Of a DNA stretch of 64,000 bases, positions 1 to 9,644 are shown piece by piece. A program made the position numbers and the translations under genes. Positions within the stretch are counted from its first letter, which is position 1; each line of letters begins with the position of its first letter. The stretch lies in the sequence record MT939492.1. One strand, written 5' to 3'. A model generated the notes under the pieces. The model had not been told where the DNA came from, ran no database searches, and worked only from the letters and a program-made list of their open reading frames with translations.

Positions 1-1481
1 TAGTTCGGCTCGGGAGCCTTGGCTTCGCGCTCTGCGTTGTACAGCGGCTGGGTGTTGTAGAACACCGCATCCAGCCAGCGCTGCAGGTTGGGCAGGCCAC
101 AGTCGATCTTCAGCTTCCACTGGTTCACGTTGACGAAGGTCATCTTCGCCTCCAGGCCCAGACCGTACGGCGGATCCTGACCCGGGCTGAAGCCGATGGA
201 CCAGTTGTTCGTGTTCTGCGTACCCGGTGCCAGCAGTGCGACCTCGAAGGTCTGCGGGTGACGATACGCAGCGAACTTGCCGTCGACCTTGTTCAGATCA
301 ACCACGTACTTCAGCTTCTGCACCACACCGTAGGCGGTGCCGTCGAACGGCGCCGAACCTTCGGCCAACTCCACCAGCGAGGTGACGTTGTAGACCTCCT
401 CGCGATCGAGGTTGTACAGGTAGAACTGCATGCGGTAGCCGACCAGAGCAGACACCCAGGTCGGGTAGGCAAACAGCTTGACACTGTAGGCACCGTCCAA
501 CATGCGCGTACGAGCCCAGTAGCGCTCGCTGATGTGCTTGTTGATCGAGGGGCTGGCGTTGTAGCTGTACTCCTCTGCGCCGAGCTTGTAGGCCAGCGTG
601 AGAGGGATCTTCTGGTCTTCGATGGACGCCACGTAGTTGTCGATGCCGTACAGGCTGAACTTCGTGCCGTCGATCGGCATGCGGCGCTTGGAGCCGTCGC
701 TGTAGTTGACCACACCCATCAGCTGCAGGCCCGGCACCGGCAGGTTGATCGGGAAGTCCAGGTACTTCGGATCGGCGTTGGAGATGAACGGCGAATCGAT
801 GGCGATGGAGGAGATGTACTTCTTGCCTTCCTCGCTCGCACGAATGAAGCCGGTGTTGTAGATGATGAACTTCTGGATCGAGAGCGGACCGCCCTCGTCA
901 TCGTACACCACCAGCGTCACCACTTCACCGTCTTCCAGCTTCTGCATGGTGTAGCCACGCATGCAGGCCTTGACCGAAACGTTCTGGCTTTCCTTGTGTT
1001 CCATGGCGACCAGTTCCAGCGGGATGAAATCGCCGAGGAACGAACCGTTCATGTAGTACGCAGAAATGACTTCACCGGTCTGGCCGATGTTGGTGCCCTT
1101 GAATACCTTGTAACGCGTGGCGTCCTTGCCGTACAGGCGCGTGCGACGATCCGGCTGCAGGCCGTGCGGGATGACCGAGGTATCCAGCAGCATGCGGAAG
1201 GATTCGGAGCGGTAGCCCGGACCCATACCCAGCAGGATGTCGAACTCATCGGTGATGCCGCCCTGGCTCGGGCCAACGTGGGCCTTCAGCTTGGAGATGG
1301 ACGTGGTGTAATCCACCTCGATGACGCGGAACAGCCCTTCCACCCAGGACCACACCGCATCGCCGACATTGGGAACGTAGCGACCTGCGGTGCTGTGACC
1401 GTAGATCTCTTCGATGCTCCAGAGTCGGAACGAGCGGTCCGGATCCTGAATGGGGACCAACGGCTCTTTGATCTCGGCCAT
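1..1481 (-). CDS. Virion structural protein, probable baseplate component (phiKZ gp26-like), truncated by window edge
   Basis: Not in the ORF track because no stop lies in the window. ATG at 1481-1479 overlaps the upstream gene's TAA (TAATG). Reads MAEIKEPLVPIQDPDRSFRLWSIEEIY... and stays open to base 1. Position matches the phiKZ gp26-28 block next to the sheath. Confidence 0.7.
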   Translation of the reverse strand, partial: MAEIKEPLVPIQDPDRSFRLWSIEEIYGHSTAGRYVPNVGDAVWSWVEGLFRVIEVDYTTSISKLKAHVGPSQGGITDEFDILLGMGPGYRSESFRMLLDTSVIPHGLQPDRRTRLYGKDATRYKVFKGTNIGQTGEVISAYYMNGSFLGDFIPLELVAMEHKESQNVSVKACMRGYTMQKLEDGEVVTLVVYDDEGGPLSIQKFIIYNTGFIRASEEGKKYISSIAIDSPFISNADPKYLDFPINLPVPGLQLMGVVNYSDGSKRRMPIDGTKFSLYGIDNYVASIEDQKIPLTLAYKLGAEEYSYNASPSINKHISERYWARTRMLDGAYSVKLFAYPTWVSALVGYRMQFYLYNLDREEVYNVTSLVELAEGSAPFDGTAYGVVQKLKYVVDLNKVDGKFAAYRHPQTFEVALLAPGTQNTNNWSIGFSPGQDPPYGLGLEAKMTFVNVNQWKLKIDCGLPNLQRWLDAVFYNTQPLYNAEREAKAPEPN

Positions 1482-4054
1482 TAGACGTACCCTTCTTTGA
1501 GTCGGACGAAACGATTGATGTCAACCTTGTCATCAAGGAAGATCTTGATGGCACGCTGGAGGAAGCTGTACTGATAGATGTTCAGCACCGTCTCAACGTA
1601 CAGGTTGTGCGGATGGATGCTCACGTAGTCGCTGTTCACACCCTGACGGACGGGATCGTAGTCGAGCAGGTAGACGTAGTCCGCCAGCGCGTCACGAACT
1701 TCCTTGTCCGAGTAGTAGTAACCAGCGCCGCTGAACTTGCTGATATCCAGCAGCCCGTTGAGCATGTCGTACATCACCTTCGAGGAGAAGGGGCTGTAGA
1801 CCTGATACAGGCGCGGAATCGGCGAGGTCGGCGGCTTGGTCGGCTCGGGGAGTTTCATCGTCAGGTAGTCTTCGACGTACGCATCGTTCGCCTTGGACTT
1901 GGCCCGCATCGAGTAGGTGTCCTCGGTGGTCAGACCACGCAGAGGGATAACCGGCTCGGTGATCAGGTACGGTGCACCATTGCGGATGTTCTGCATCTGG
2001 ATACCCTGATCGTTCTCGGAGAAGATCAGCTCGTCACGGTGACGGAGCGTGCCTTCCACGATGATGCGTACGACCTTGTCGTCGCGGACGTTGTAACGGC
2101 GGTTGCGGCTGAGCAGGCCATGTTCGACGAACCCGAACTCTGCCGGTTCCTCGCGGGACATGTCGGACTTGCAGAAGCCCGTGGCACGAACCGTGATCGA
2201 CTGACGCGAGTTGGCCTGATCGATGTACTCCTTGTTCGTGATGATCACCTGCGGCCACTTCACGAAGTAGTCCAGGTTCTCGATCAGAGGAGCGCCATTG
2301 AGCCACAGGTCCAACTGACCCGGGGCGATGTAGAGCGGACCAGTGAAGGTCTGTCCAACCTGCGTCTGTTCGGCGATGATGCTGAACTTCAACAGACCAT
2401 CGATCGGAGCCATCGTGAACTGGTAGGCCAGGAAGCGATCGTCGCAACCCACTGCGGTGAAGGTATCGGTGCCGGTAGCCCAGGTCACCTTCCCGTTGGA
2501 GATGGTGTACTTGGACAGATCGCCCGTGACGTCCTTCCACTCTGCATGGCGAATCTCGCCACGCCACACCGGTGCGGTGTAGAAGCGGTAGTTGTACGTC
2601 CCATCGATCGGCGATTCCTTCTGACCCTGCGTGAGAGCTGCCACCGTACCGCCCACGCCCACGATGCCTTCCACCAACACACACGCTGCATTGCGCGGCA
2701 CGTAGTTGATGTTGTCGCTGTGGGAATAGAAGCCCAGCAGCCGGCCGCTGCTGTTGTACTCGTAGATGGTCGAACGGTTGCGCAGTTCCACCGGCAGGTC
2801 CACGTAACGGCGCACGCTGTCCTGCTTGACCTTCAACGGCGAGTCGCCGATCAGCTTGGCAGTTGCGTTGTAGCCGTAGGCATCCTGCACCATCGGCACG
2901 GTGATCTCCGAACCCTTGGATCGCATGATCTTCGGATACATCGACAGCTCCAGCTGGGGAGCGTGCCAGAACGGGACAACCGAGTCGATACCCAGCAGCG
3001 CCTTGCGCAGGTCCAGCGCAGGCAGGCGATACAGTTCCTTGATGCGGTGGTGCTCATCCACCAGCGGGCGCTGGTAGCCGCTGTTGCGGATGAACATGCG
3101 CACGGTCAACTGGTCGGTGTTCTTCCACAGACCCATCGCCTCGCGCTTCGAGGTGACGTAGGAGACCGGAATACCGTAATCCTTGTGGGTCACCATGCGC
3201 ACCGCATCTTCTTGATTGCGATGATACAGGCTACCCTTCCACTTGGTGCCCTGCAGGTTGAGCAGGTAGATCTCCAGGTCGTCACGATAGTCAATCGTCG
3301 AGTCGATCTGGTTCTTGTAGTTCAGCAGGTACTTGCGCTTGTTGTCCAGGGTGGAGACGTAGTTGTCCAGATCGGAGATCTTGAAGTCCACCACGTTCTT
3401 GACGGTGGTATCGTGGACATACTCCACCAATGCGCCCTTGGGCAGGGTCATCGGAACGAAGTCTTCGACATAGATGCCGTCGACAAATGCCAGCGCCATT
3501 CCGCCGGTAGCCTTGCGGTCACGGTAGCGGCGCTGCATCAGCAGCATCGAGTTGACATCGTCCATCACGCGGCCTTCGGTGAAGACCACGTTCTCCTTGC
3601 CCTTGGAGCGCTCGGACTGGAAGTAGGCGTTGCTGTACAGACGCACGAAGATCGGCGTGTTGTCCAACTCCACCAGGCGCGGTTGATCCTGCACGGCCAG
3701 CAGGACGTTGCCGTCCTCGTTGACCAGGAACCAGCACTGGAAGCGGGGCAGCTGCAACCCGCTCTCGGTGTAGATGTCACTGTACAGGTACTTGCGACGC
3801 ATGTTCTCGCTCACCGTCTGCCAGACCATCTTGTCGGGCATCAGGCCGATCAGCGGCGCGTGCAGCTGACCGATCTGGTAGACGTGGTAGCGTTCTTTCG
3901 GCGTCGGCAAGGGGATCGTGTCCCACAAGACGTTCGTGGTAGCGATGTCCCCTCGCGGCCGGGTCAGTTTGGCAGGCTTGAAGATTACCTGCTTGTCCTG
4001 ATCCGGCGTGCACCACACATTCTGCAATGCGTGGCTTACGAGGAAATCAGTCAT
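1481..4054 (-). CDS. Large virion structural/baseplate protein (phiKZ gp27-like)
   Basis: 857 aa ORF, N-terminus MTDFLVSHALQNVWCTPDQDKQ, strong coding bias, translationally coupled to neighbours; synteny divergent from tail sheath. Confidence 0.75.
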   Translation of the reverse strand: MTDFLVSHALQNVWCTPDQDKQVIFKPAKLTRPRGDIATTNVLWDTIPLPTPKERYHVYQIGQLHAPLIGLMPDKMVWQTVSENMRRKYLYSDIYTESGLQLPRFQCWFLVNEDGNVLLAVQDQPRLVELDNTPIFVRLYSNAYFQSERSKGKENVVFTEGRVMDDVNSMLLMQRRYRDRKATGGMALAFVDGIYVEDFVPMTLPKGALVEYVHDTTVKNVVDFKISDLDNYVSTLDNKRKYLLNYKNQIDSTIDYRDDLEIYLLNLQGTKWKGSLYHRNQEDAVRMVTHKDYGIPVSYVTSKREAMGLWKNTDQLTVRMFIRNSGYQRPLVDEHHRIKELYRLPALDLRKALLGIDSVVPFWHAPQLELSMYPKIMRSKGSEITVPMVQDAYGYNATAKLIGDSPLKVKQDSVRRYVDLPVELRNRSTIYEYNSSGRLLGFYSHSDNINYVPRNAACVLVEGIVGVGGTVAALTQGQKESPIDGTYNYRFYTAPVWRGEIRHAEWKDVTGDLSKYTISNGKVTWATGTDTFTAVGCDDRFLAYQFTMAPIDGLLKFSIIAEQTQVGQTFTGPLYIAPGQLDLWLNGAPLIENLDYFVKWPQVIITNKEYIDQANSRQSITVRATGFCKSDMSREEPAEFGFVEHGLLSRNRRYNVRDDKVVRIIVEGTLRHRDELIFSENDQGIQMQNIRNGAPYLITEPVIPLRGLTTEDTYSMRAKSKANDAYVEDYLTMKLPEPTKPPTSPIPRLYQVYSPFSSKVMYDMLNGLLDISKFSGAGYYYSDKEVRDALADYVYLLDYDPVRQGVNSDYVSIHPHNLYVETVLNIYQYSFLQRAIKIFLDDKVDINRFVRLKEGYV

Positions 4055-4964
4055 TGCGGGCTCCGATCATGTTCAGCAGGTTGTAGGTGAACGTCTTGCT
4101 CACCTGACCCTTGTCCAGCTTCTGGAGAAGCTTGGTCAGGAACGTGCGGTGGTACAGTCGGTCGTTGAAGGCCGAGTACACCATCGTGATCCAGGTGGGC
4201 GGGTGTTCCAGCGAGACGTTGACCATTTCCTGGTCGTTGGTGGAGAACCACGAACTACGCAGGACCGAGTACAGGAAGCCGACGCTCAGCTGCGCCAGGC
4301 GCGGGGAGAAGGTGCCGGTCTTCAGCAGCTCCACGAACTCGGAGATGTTGTGCGGCGTACGGTGCTCGCCCATCAGCTCCAGCACGGTGTTCGGATTGCT
4401 GCGAGTCAGGTTGGCGATGACCGTGGAGAGACGGCGACGGGTGATTTCGTCTTCCATCTCACTGGCGTCTTCGAACAGACCCATGTAGTACCAGGCCGAC
4501 GCGATGGCGACGTTCTGCTGTTCCTGAGGGTTCAGATTCAGGGCGCGCGTGAGGTTGTCGGAGATCCACGTTGCGAACGCCTTGGGCGCAATGTCGCCCA
4601 ATGTAATGAACAGTCCCTGTTCCCCTTCTGCCCATATCCGGGAGAGCACGCCCCGCATGACCATGAAATCATGCTGGCTGTGATCGCGGACTTGGAACAC
4701 ACCCAGTCGATCGATGCTGGTATACGGCCGCGTATCGATCACCCAGTAAGTTTCACCCGTGCCGCGGGTGATTGCAATCGGATGTCCGAACTGTGGGATG
4801 ACTTTGTTACTCGGCGGGATTTCCTTCACCTTGTCATACACGGCGTTCGACTTTGTCGTCGCGTCACGCAGCTCGCCCTCAATGAGCGCCACGTTGATTT
4901 CCTTCTCGATCCTGCTGAGATTGTAGGCGCCCAGAGGCGTGGTCTGATAAGGTTGGAGGATCAT
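4047..4964 (-). CDS. Virion structural protein (phiKZ gp28-like)
   Basis: 305 aa ORF, 8-nt overlap with next gene, divergent from sheath as in phiKZ-like phages. Confidence 0.65.
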   Translation of the reverse strand: MILQPYQTTPLGAYNLSRIEKEINVALIEGELRDATTKSNAVYDKVKEIPPSNKVIPQFGHPIAITRGTGETYWVIDTRPYTSIDRLGVFQVRDHSQHDFMVMRGVLSRIWAEGEQGLFITLGDIAPKAFATWISDNLTRALNLNPQEQQNVAIASAWYYMGLFEDASEMEDEITRRRLSTVIANLTRSNPNTVLELMGEHRTPHNISEFVELLKTGTFSPRLAQLSVGFLYSVLRSSWFSTNDQEMVNVSLEHPPTWITMVYSAFNDRLYHRTFLTKLLQKLDKGQVSKTFTYNLLNMIGARND

Positions 4965-5079
4965 GTCGCCGGCCTTTGCTCTGAAGTTGTAAAAAGATAC
5001 TCGTTACGCCTAAAGTATTTCCGTATTACTATGATGTACGAGCATCGCTAGTCGCTATAACATTCGCCCACAGGAGCCC

Positions 5080-7164
5080 ATGATGACTGCAATTCGCACC
5101 GCCGCTCCGTTCGCCAATCTGCGTGGTACGTTGGACCGTTCGCGGACTGCCCCGGTCTATGACCCGGAACAGATCCCGTCGCACTGCCCGATGTTCTACA
5201 TCTTCGCAGAGAAGGGCCCGACCCTGCCGCAACTCGTGAGTGGCGCGGGCTTCGAACAGATGTACGGCACCAAATCGCTGGATGCGCGCGGCAAGTTCGC
5301 CACGCACCAGCTCCCGTTCGTCAAGCTGATGAACGCCAACGCCAACGCCATGTTCGTCCAGCGTGTGATCGACCCCGAAGCAGCCGACGCTGCAACCTGG
5401 GCGCTCTACGTGGACATGGTCAAGGATCAGATCAAGCAGTACGAGCGCGGCACCGATGGCCGCTTCAAGCTCGATACCAACCAGCAGAAGATCCCCACCG
5501 GCGAGACCGTCGAGGGCTGGATCGTCCGCCTGGCCTGGGGTGAGCACGTCAAGGGTGACCTGGGCGAAGCTGCCCAGACCGTCGGCAAGATCGTGTCCAG
5601 CACCGGTGAGCAGTCGGAGATGTTCCCGATCTGGGAAATCAGCGTGTCCGATCCGGGTGCTTACGGCACCAACCTCGGCCTGCGCCTGTCGGCTCCGAAC
5701 GTGAACTCCCAGCCGGCCGGCCTGGACGAAACCACCATGGTTTCCAACAGCGCCTACCTGTACCGCCTGGCCGCCGTCGAGCGTCCCAACGCCGCCAGCT
5801 CTGCTGTCGTGCAGGAAGGCGTCAAGGGTCAGCGTTACCTGGACTTCTCGTTCAAGGACGGCGTGATCTCGGCCGAAGACCAGGCCTTCTTCATCGGCGA
5901 CTCGCTGGTGGAAACCTGGCGTGAAGTCGAAGACAGCGGCGTGCTGCGCAAGCAGGGTCCGTTCGGCGCTCAGTTCATCTACGAGGACAACCTCAAGGAA
6001 GTGCTGACCCGCCTGTTCGAAGCCGAGCAGCCGTACGGCCTGCTGGGCGAGAGCGACGATGCCGACGAGCACTACCACCTGGTCAACTTCCTGACCGCGA
6101 CCGACCAGTACCTCACCCCGTACTTCGCGGTGGAACTGCGCGGCCCGCTGCAGGATGGCCTGCTGTTCGATGCTTCCTCCACGCACTACGCCGTGGGCGG
6201 TGTCGACGGCAAGACCGACAACAAGACCTTCAACGCGCTGGTGCGTGAGCAGGCCGCCAACTTCGGCGAGATGGAAGCGGATCTGTACGATACCGCCATC
6301 TACGACATGTCCGTGTTCTACGACTCCGGCTTCGACATGGAGACCAAGAACGCGCTGCTGTCGATCATCGGCAAGCGTTACGACGTGGCCGTGATCGTGG
6401 CGACGCAGGACGTGGAGCGTCCGATCAACGCCGCCGAAGCCGACTCCTCGGCTGCGATGGCGCTGTCGACCCGTGCGTCGAACTACCCCGAGTCGGTTCT
6501 GTTCGGTACGCCTGCCTGCCGCGCTGCGGTGGTTGCTGGCGCCGGCAAGCTGAAGAACCAGTCGGTGTATCGCGGCCTGCTGCCGTTCACCTACGAAATC
6601 GCCAACATGTGCTCGAAGTTCATGGGCGCTGGCAACGGTTTCTGGGCGGACGAGTACTCGATGGACGAGTGGCCGAACAACGTGATGTCGTCCTTCAAGG
6701 ACACCAACATCGTGTTCCGTCGTGCGAACGCTCGCGACGAAGACTGGCGCAACAACATGATCTACGCCCAGAACTTCGATCGCCGCTCGGCGCACTTCCC
6801 GGCGTTCCAGACCGTGTACCAGGACGACTCCTCGGTCCTCAACTCGCTGGTGACCATGTTCGCCATCGTCGAGGTCGAGAAGATCTGCCAGCGCGTCTGG
6901 CGTCGCCTGACGGGCATCTCCAAGCTGACCGGTGAGCAGTTCGCCGAGCGCTCGGACCGCCTGATCAACGCCGCGCTGAAGGATCGCTTCGGCACCCGCT
7001 TCATCTTCACCGCTGTCACCAGCTTCACCCCGGACGACACCCAGCGTGGTTACAGCTGGTCGACCCAGGTGGACGTCGGTGCCAATGGCCAGATGACCGT
7101 GGGCACCTACACGATCGTCGCCCGTCGTCGTGCCGACATGGAAGCGAGCCAGACGGGGGCGTAA
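5080..7164 (+). CDS. Contractile tail sheath protein (phiKZ gp29-like)
   Basis: 694 aa, size and sequence style of phiKZ-type sheath (HCPMFYIFAEKGP near N-terminus; C-terminal FPAFQTVYQDDSSVLNS); very strong codon bias; directly upstream of tube gene. Confidence 0.9.
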   Translation: MMTAIRTAAPFANLRGTLDRSRTAPVYDPEQIPSHCPMFYIFAEKGPTLPQLVSGAGFEQMYGTKSLDARGKFATHQLPFVKLMNANANAMFVQRVIDPEAADAATWALYVDMVKDQIKQYERGTDGRFKLDTNQQKIPTGETVEGWIVRLAWGEHVKGDLGEAAQTVGKIVSSTGEQSEMFPIWEISVSDPGAYGTNLGLRLSAPNVNSQPAGLDETTMVSNSAYLYRLAAVERPNAASSAVVQEGVKGQRYLDFSFKDGVISAEDQAFFIGDSLVETWREVEDSGVLRKQGPFGAQFIYEDNLKEVLTRLFEAEQPYGLLGESDDADEHYHLVNFLTATDQYLTPYFAVELRGPLQDGLLFDASSTHYAVGGVDGKTDNKTFNALVREQAANFGEMEADLYDTAIYDMSVFYDSGFDMETKNALLSIIGKRYDVAVIVATQDVERPINAAEADSSAAMALSTRASNYPESVLFGTPACRAAVVAGAGKLKNQSVYRGLLPFTYEIANMCSKFMGAGNGFWADEYSMDEWPNNVMSSFKDTNIVFRRANARDEDWRNNMIYAQNFDRRSAHFPAFQTVYQDDSSVLNSLVTMFAIVEVEKICQRVWRRLTGISKLTGEQFAERSDRLINAALKDRFGTRFIFTAVTSFTPDDTQRGYSWSTQVDVGANGQMTVGTYTIVARRRADMEASQTGA

Positions 7165-7217
7165 GCCCCCTGCTGGTCACGCCCTGAACCCGTTCATCAC
7201 AACTCAGGAGATACTCC

Positions 7218-8087
7218 ATGCGTTTGAAAGACGCACTCGCGGGTCAGAAGGGTCCGAATCGCTTCGGCCATGCTCCGACCCTGGACACCCGTTACGGCGC
7301 ATCGATGGGCTTCACCCCGGACTACAAGGCGTACGTTTCCAACGCGCCCTTCGTCCGCCGGAACCTGTTCGCGCTGCTGCTGGAAGCCCCCGCCGGCTTC
7401 CAGAACCTGCCCAACCCGGAATACTGGGTCGGTGCACTGAAGGCCCTGATCGAAGAGCAGTCGCTCGTGATCGAAGGCCTGACCGGTACGCTGACTGCGT
7501 CCTTCGAAGACACCCCGTTCGGTGGTGCCGGCGAAATGATGCAGGCGGTCTCGGACATGAAGCGCGAGCGCTCCCAGCCCTCGCACACCCTGAACGAGAA
7601 GTACGGCCGCTCCTGGAACAAGTTCCTGGAAGGCTGGATGACCGGTCTGCTGATGGACCCGGAAAGCAAGGTTCCCACCGTGATGGCCAACAGCGTTGCT
7701 GCCAACCGTCCGACGGACCTGCTGCCGGACGTGGTCGGCGCCACCGTGCTCTACATCGAGCCGGACCCGACGCACACCCATCCGCTGAAGGCCTACCTCA
7801 CCACCAACATGATGCCGGAAACCGGCGGCGAAGTACAGAGCCGTCGCGACCTGACGCAGGCTGGTGAAAAGCTGGACATCCCGGTTCGTTTCTCGGGCGT
7901 GACCCAGCAGGGTGAGGGCGTGCTGCGTTTCGCCGAGCAGATGATGCGTCGCATCAACATGACCGGCGTCAATCCGAACCTGCGGCCTGCCTTCATGGAC
8001 CGCATCAGCGCCGACGTCAGCGCGCTGTCGGATACCGGCTACGTCGAGGCGATCAACCGCCAGGCGAACACCGCGATCAGTCCGTAA
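7218..8087 (+). CDS. Tail tube protein (phiKZ gp30-like)
   Basis: 289 aa, RBS CAGGAG, follows sheath; YVSNAPFVRRNLFALLLEAPAGF segment typical of this family. Confidence 0.8.
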   Translation: MRLKDALAGQKGPNRFGHAPTLDTRYGASMGFTPDYKAYVSNAPFVRRNLFALLLEAPAGFQNLPNPEYWVGALKALIEEQSLVIEGLTGTLTASFEDTPFGGAGEMMQAVSDMKRERSQPSHTLNEKYGRSWNKFLEGWMTGLLMDPESKVPTVMANSVAANRPTDLLPDVVGATVLYIEPDPTHTHPLKAYLTTNMMPETGGEVQSRRDLTQAGEKLDIPVRFSGVTQQGEGVLRFAEQMMRRINMTGVNPNLRPAFMDRISADVSALSDTGYVEAINRQANTAISP

Positions 8088-8104
8088 CTTGGGCTGGACA
8101 TATC

Positions 8105-8135
8105 GGGAGGGGCTTCGGCCCCTCCCCTTATGCCG
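8105..8135 (+). terminator. Stem-loop after tail tube gene
   Basis: GGGAGGGGC-TTCG-GCCCCTCCC 9-bp stem with UUCG loop, followed by CTTATGCCG. Confidence 0.7.
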
Positions 8136-8206
8136 TGATTCCAATTTCTTTCAACCATACATCACCTTACTGCAATACCTTCCGCAAAACCACCCAACGG
8201 AGCATC

Positions 8207-8554
8207 ATGAACATCTTCACCATTATTCTTATCGCCTTCGCAGCTGTTGCGTTGGCTTTCAACGTATCTGCGCTGTACGCGTGGATGCAACACTTCAACG
8301 CTAGCCGAGGACATGACAACTATCATTTCGACTACACCGGGGGAGCTTACCGTTTGGGGGAACAAGAACTGGTACTGATGGAAATTGGCGCTTTCGTCAT
8401 TGCCGCAATAGCTACACTTTTGGCTGTACTTTCGATCTACATGCACTACATTCTCGTAGTCAACTTTGCAGTCGCTACGGTAACTGCTTTGGTCTACGCA
8501 AGGGGCATCCGTCACCAACGCCTCTACCCCATTACCCATCGTTTCCACTTGTAG
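8207..8554 (+). CDS. Hypothetical membrane protein
   Basis: ATG 8207 with GGAG RBS; three hydrophobic segments. Confidence 0.7.
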   Translation: MNIFTIILIAFAAVALAFNVSALYAWMQHFNASRGHDNYHFDYTGGAYRLGEQELVLMEIGAFVIAAIATLLAVLSIYMHYILVVNFAVATVTALVYARGIRHQRLYPITHRFHL

Positions 8555-8566
8555 GAGATAGCCGCT

Positions 8567-8809
8567 ATGGCTTCGCAAATCAATCCCAGCCAGCTGCGAC
8601 TGGTCCGCGTTCTGGATGCGCCTGCTGCACCGATCCATGTTCCCGCCCGCCGTACCACCCCGCGCAAGAACTTCGTTCAGCGCGCCTGGGAGGACGACCC
8701 GGCCGCAGTTGTCGCCGGCGGCATCGTGCTGCTCGGCGTTGGCATCATCGCCGGTGCTCTGATCCACGAGCACTTCTTCGATGAACCCGCCCCGTTCCAC
8801 TACCTGTAA
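8567..8809 (+). CDS. Small single-pass membrane protein
   Basis: 80 aa, AGGAG RBS, TM-like AAVVAGGIVLLGVGIIAGALI. Confidence 0.75.
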   Translation: MASQINPSQLRLVRVLDAPAAPIHVPARRTTPRKNFVQRAWEDDPAAVVAGGIVLLGVGIIAGALIHEHFFDEPAPFHYL

Positions 8810-8830
8810 ACCAATCGCAAAGGAACCGTG

Positions 8831-9196
8831 ATGTTCGTAATCAATCTGTTCGACGTGCTGTTCGCTTTCATCATGTCGGCTCCGCTGGTGTTCTGGGGCT
8901 GGGTCATGGGCCGCACGTGGAGCAAGAGTAAGGCCAGTCGGAGTATCGACACGTTCTGGACCAAGGCCACCTTGGCACTCCAGCATGGTGACAAGCGCTA
9001 CCGCGCTCACGCCTTAGTTTGGAATGGTGTCTTCTTCGGCTTGATCGCGTGGGGCATTCTGGTTCCTCTGCTCATCGCGATGTTCTGGAGCCGCTCGTGG
9101 ATCGTCCTGATCCCGAGCGGCATTTCTCTGTACCCCATCTTGAGCATGTCGGGGTATCTCACCTGGTGCTCGACCCGAGTTTCGACAAGCGCATAA
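8831..9196 (+). CDS. Hypothetical membrane protein
   Basis: AAGGA RBS, multiple hydrophobic segments. Confidence 0.7.
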   Translation: MFVINLFDVLFAFIMSAPLVFWGWVMGRTWSKSKASRSIDTFWTKATLALQHGDKRYRAHALVWNGVFFGLIAWGILVPLLIAMFWSRSWIVLIPSGISLYPILSMSGYLTWCSTRVSTSA

Positions 9197-9212
9197 ACGG
9201 AGCTTCACGCAA

Positions 9213-9557
9213 ATGGCAATTTTCCTCTTCAGCATCATCGGCGGTCTCTACCTCACCTTCGCCGCATTCCGCTTGTTCGGCGAACAGGCTCGTATCCTCG
9301 CAGCCGCTGGGATGATGCCCAGAACGTTCCTGGCCGAGGTGGAGGATGCGCAGACGTATCCGATCCGTTTCTGGTTCGGGGTACTGCTGAGCTGCTGGAC
9401 TTACATCGTGATCGGATCGATCGCTTTCTACCTGATCTACGATGACTGGAACTACGACTACGAGAAGATCCTGCTGTGGCCGTTCATCGCCGCATTGGTC
9501 TGTGTGATCGCCAAGGTTCGTGCCTACTCGGTCTACACCAACAGCGCTTTCAAGTGA
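9213..9557 (+). CDS. Hypothetical membrane protein
   Basis: 114 aa, GGAG RBS, three hydrophobic segments. Confidence 0.7.
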   Translation: MAIFLFSIIGGLYLTFAAFRLFGEQARILAAAGMMPRTFLAEVEDAQTYPIRFWFGVLLSCWTYIVIGSIAFYLIYDDWNYDYEKILLWPFIAALVCVIAKVRAYSVYTNSAFK

Positions 9558-9559
9558 TG

Positions 9560-9633
9560 AGTTCCCGTAGGGGTTCCCGTCCTGCTCACCGAAAGGTGGG
9601 TGGGGCGGGAGATTCTATGGGACTTATTTTTTT
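9560..9633 (+). terminator. Long G.U-rich hairpin with U-tract (probable intrinsic terminator)
   Basis: Inner stem 9575-9590/9595-9610 with GAAA loop, outer stem 9560-9571/9614-9624, then TATTTTTTT. Confidence 0.7.
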
Positions 9634-9644
9634 GGTGTCTGGCT

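Noticed and set aside
258-4090. Long plus-strand ORFs (408 aa, 827 aa) opposite the structural genes
   Set aside because: Antisense shadows expected from strong GC3 bias; no RBS and implausible composition
9600-9644. Upstream GTG start for terminase given in the ORF track
   Set aside because: Lies inside the terminator hairpin; ATG 9645 gives the family-typical MILF N-terminus
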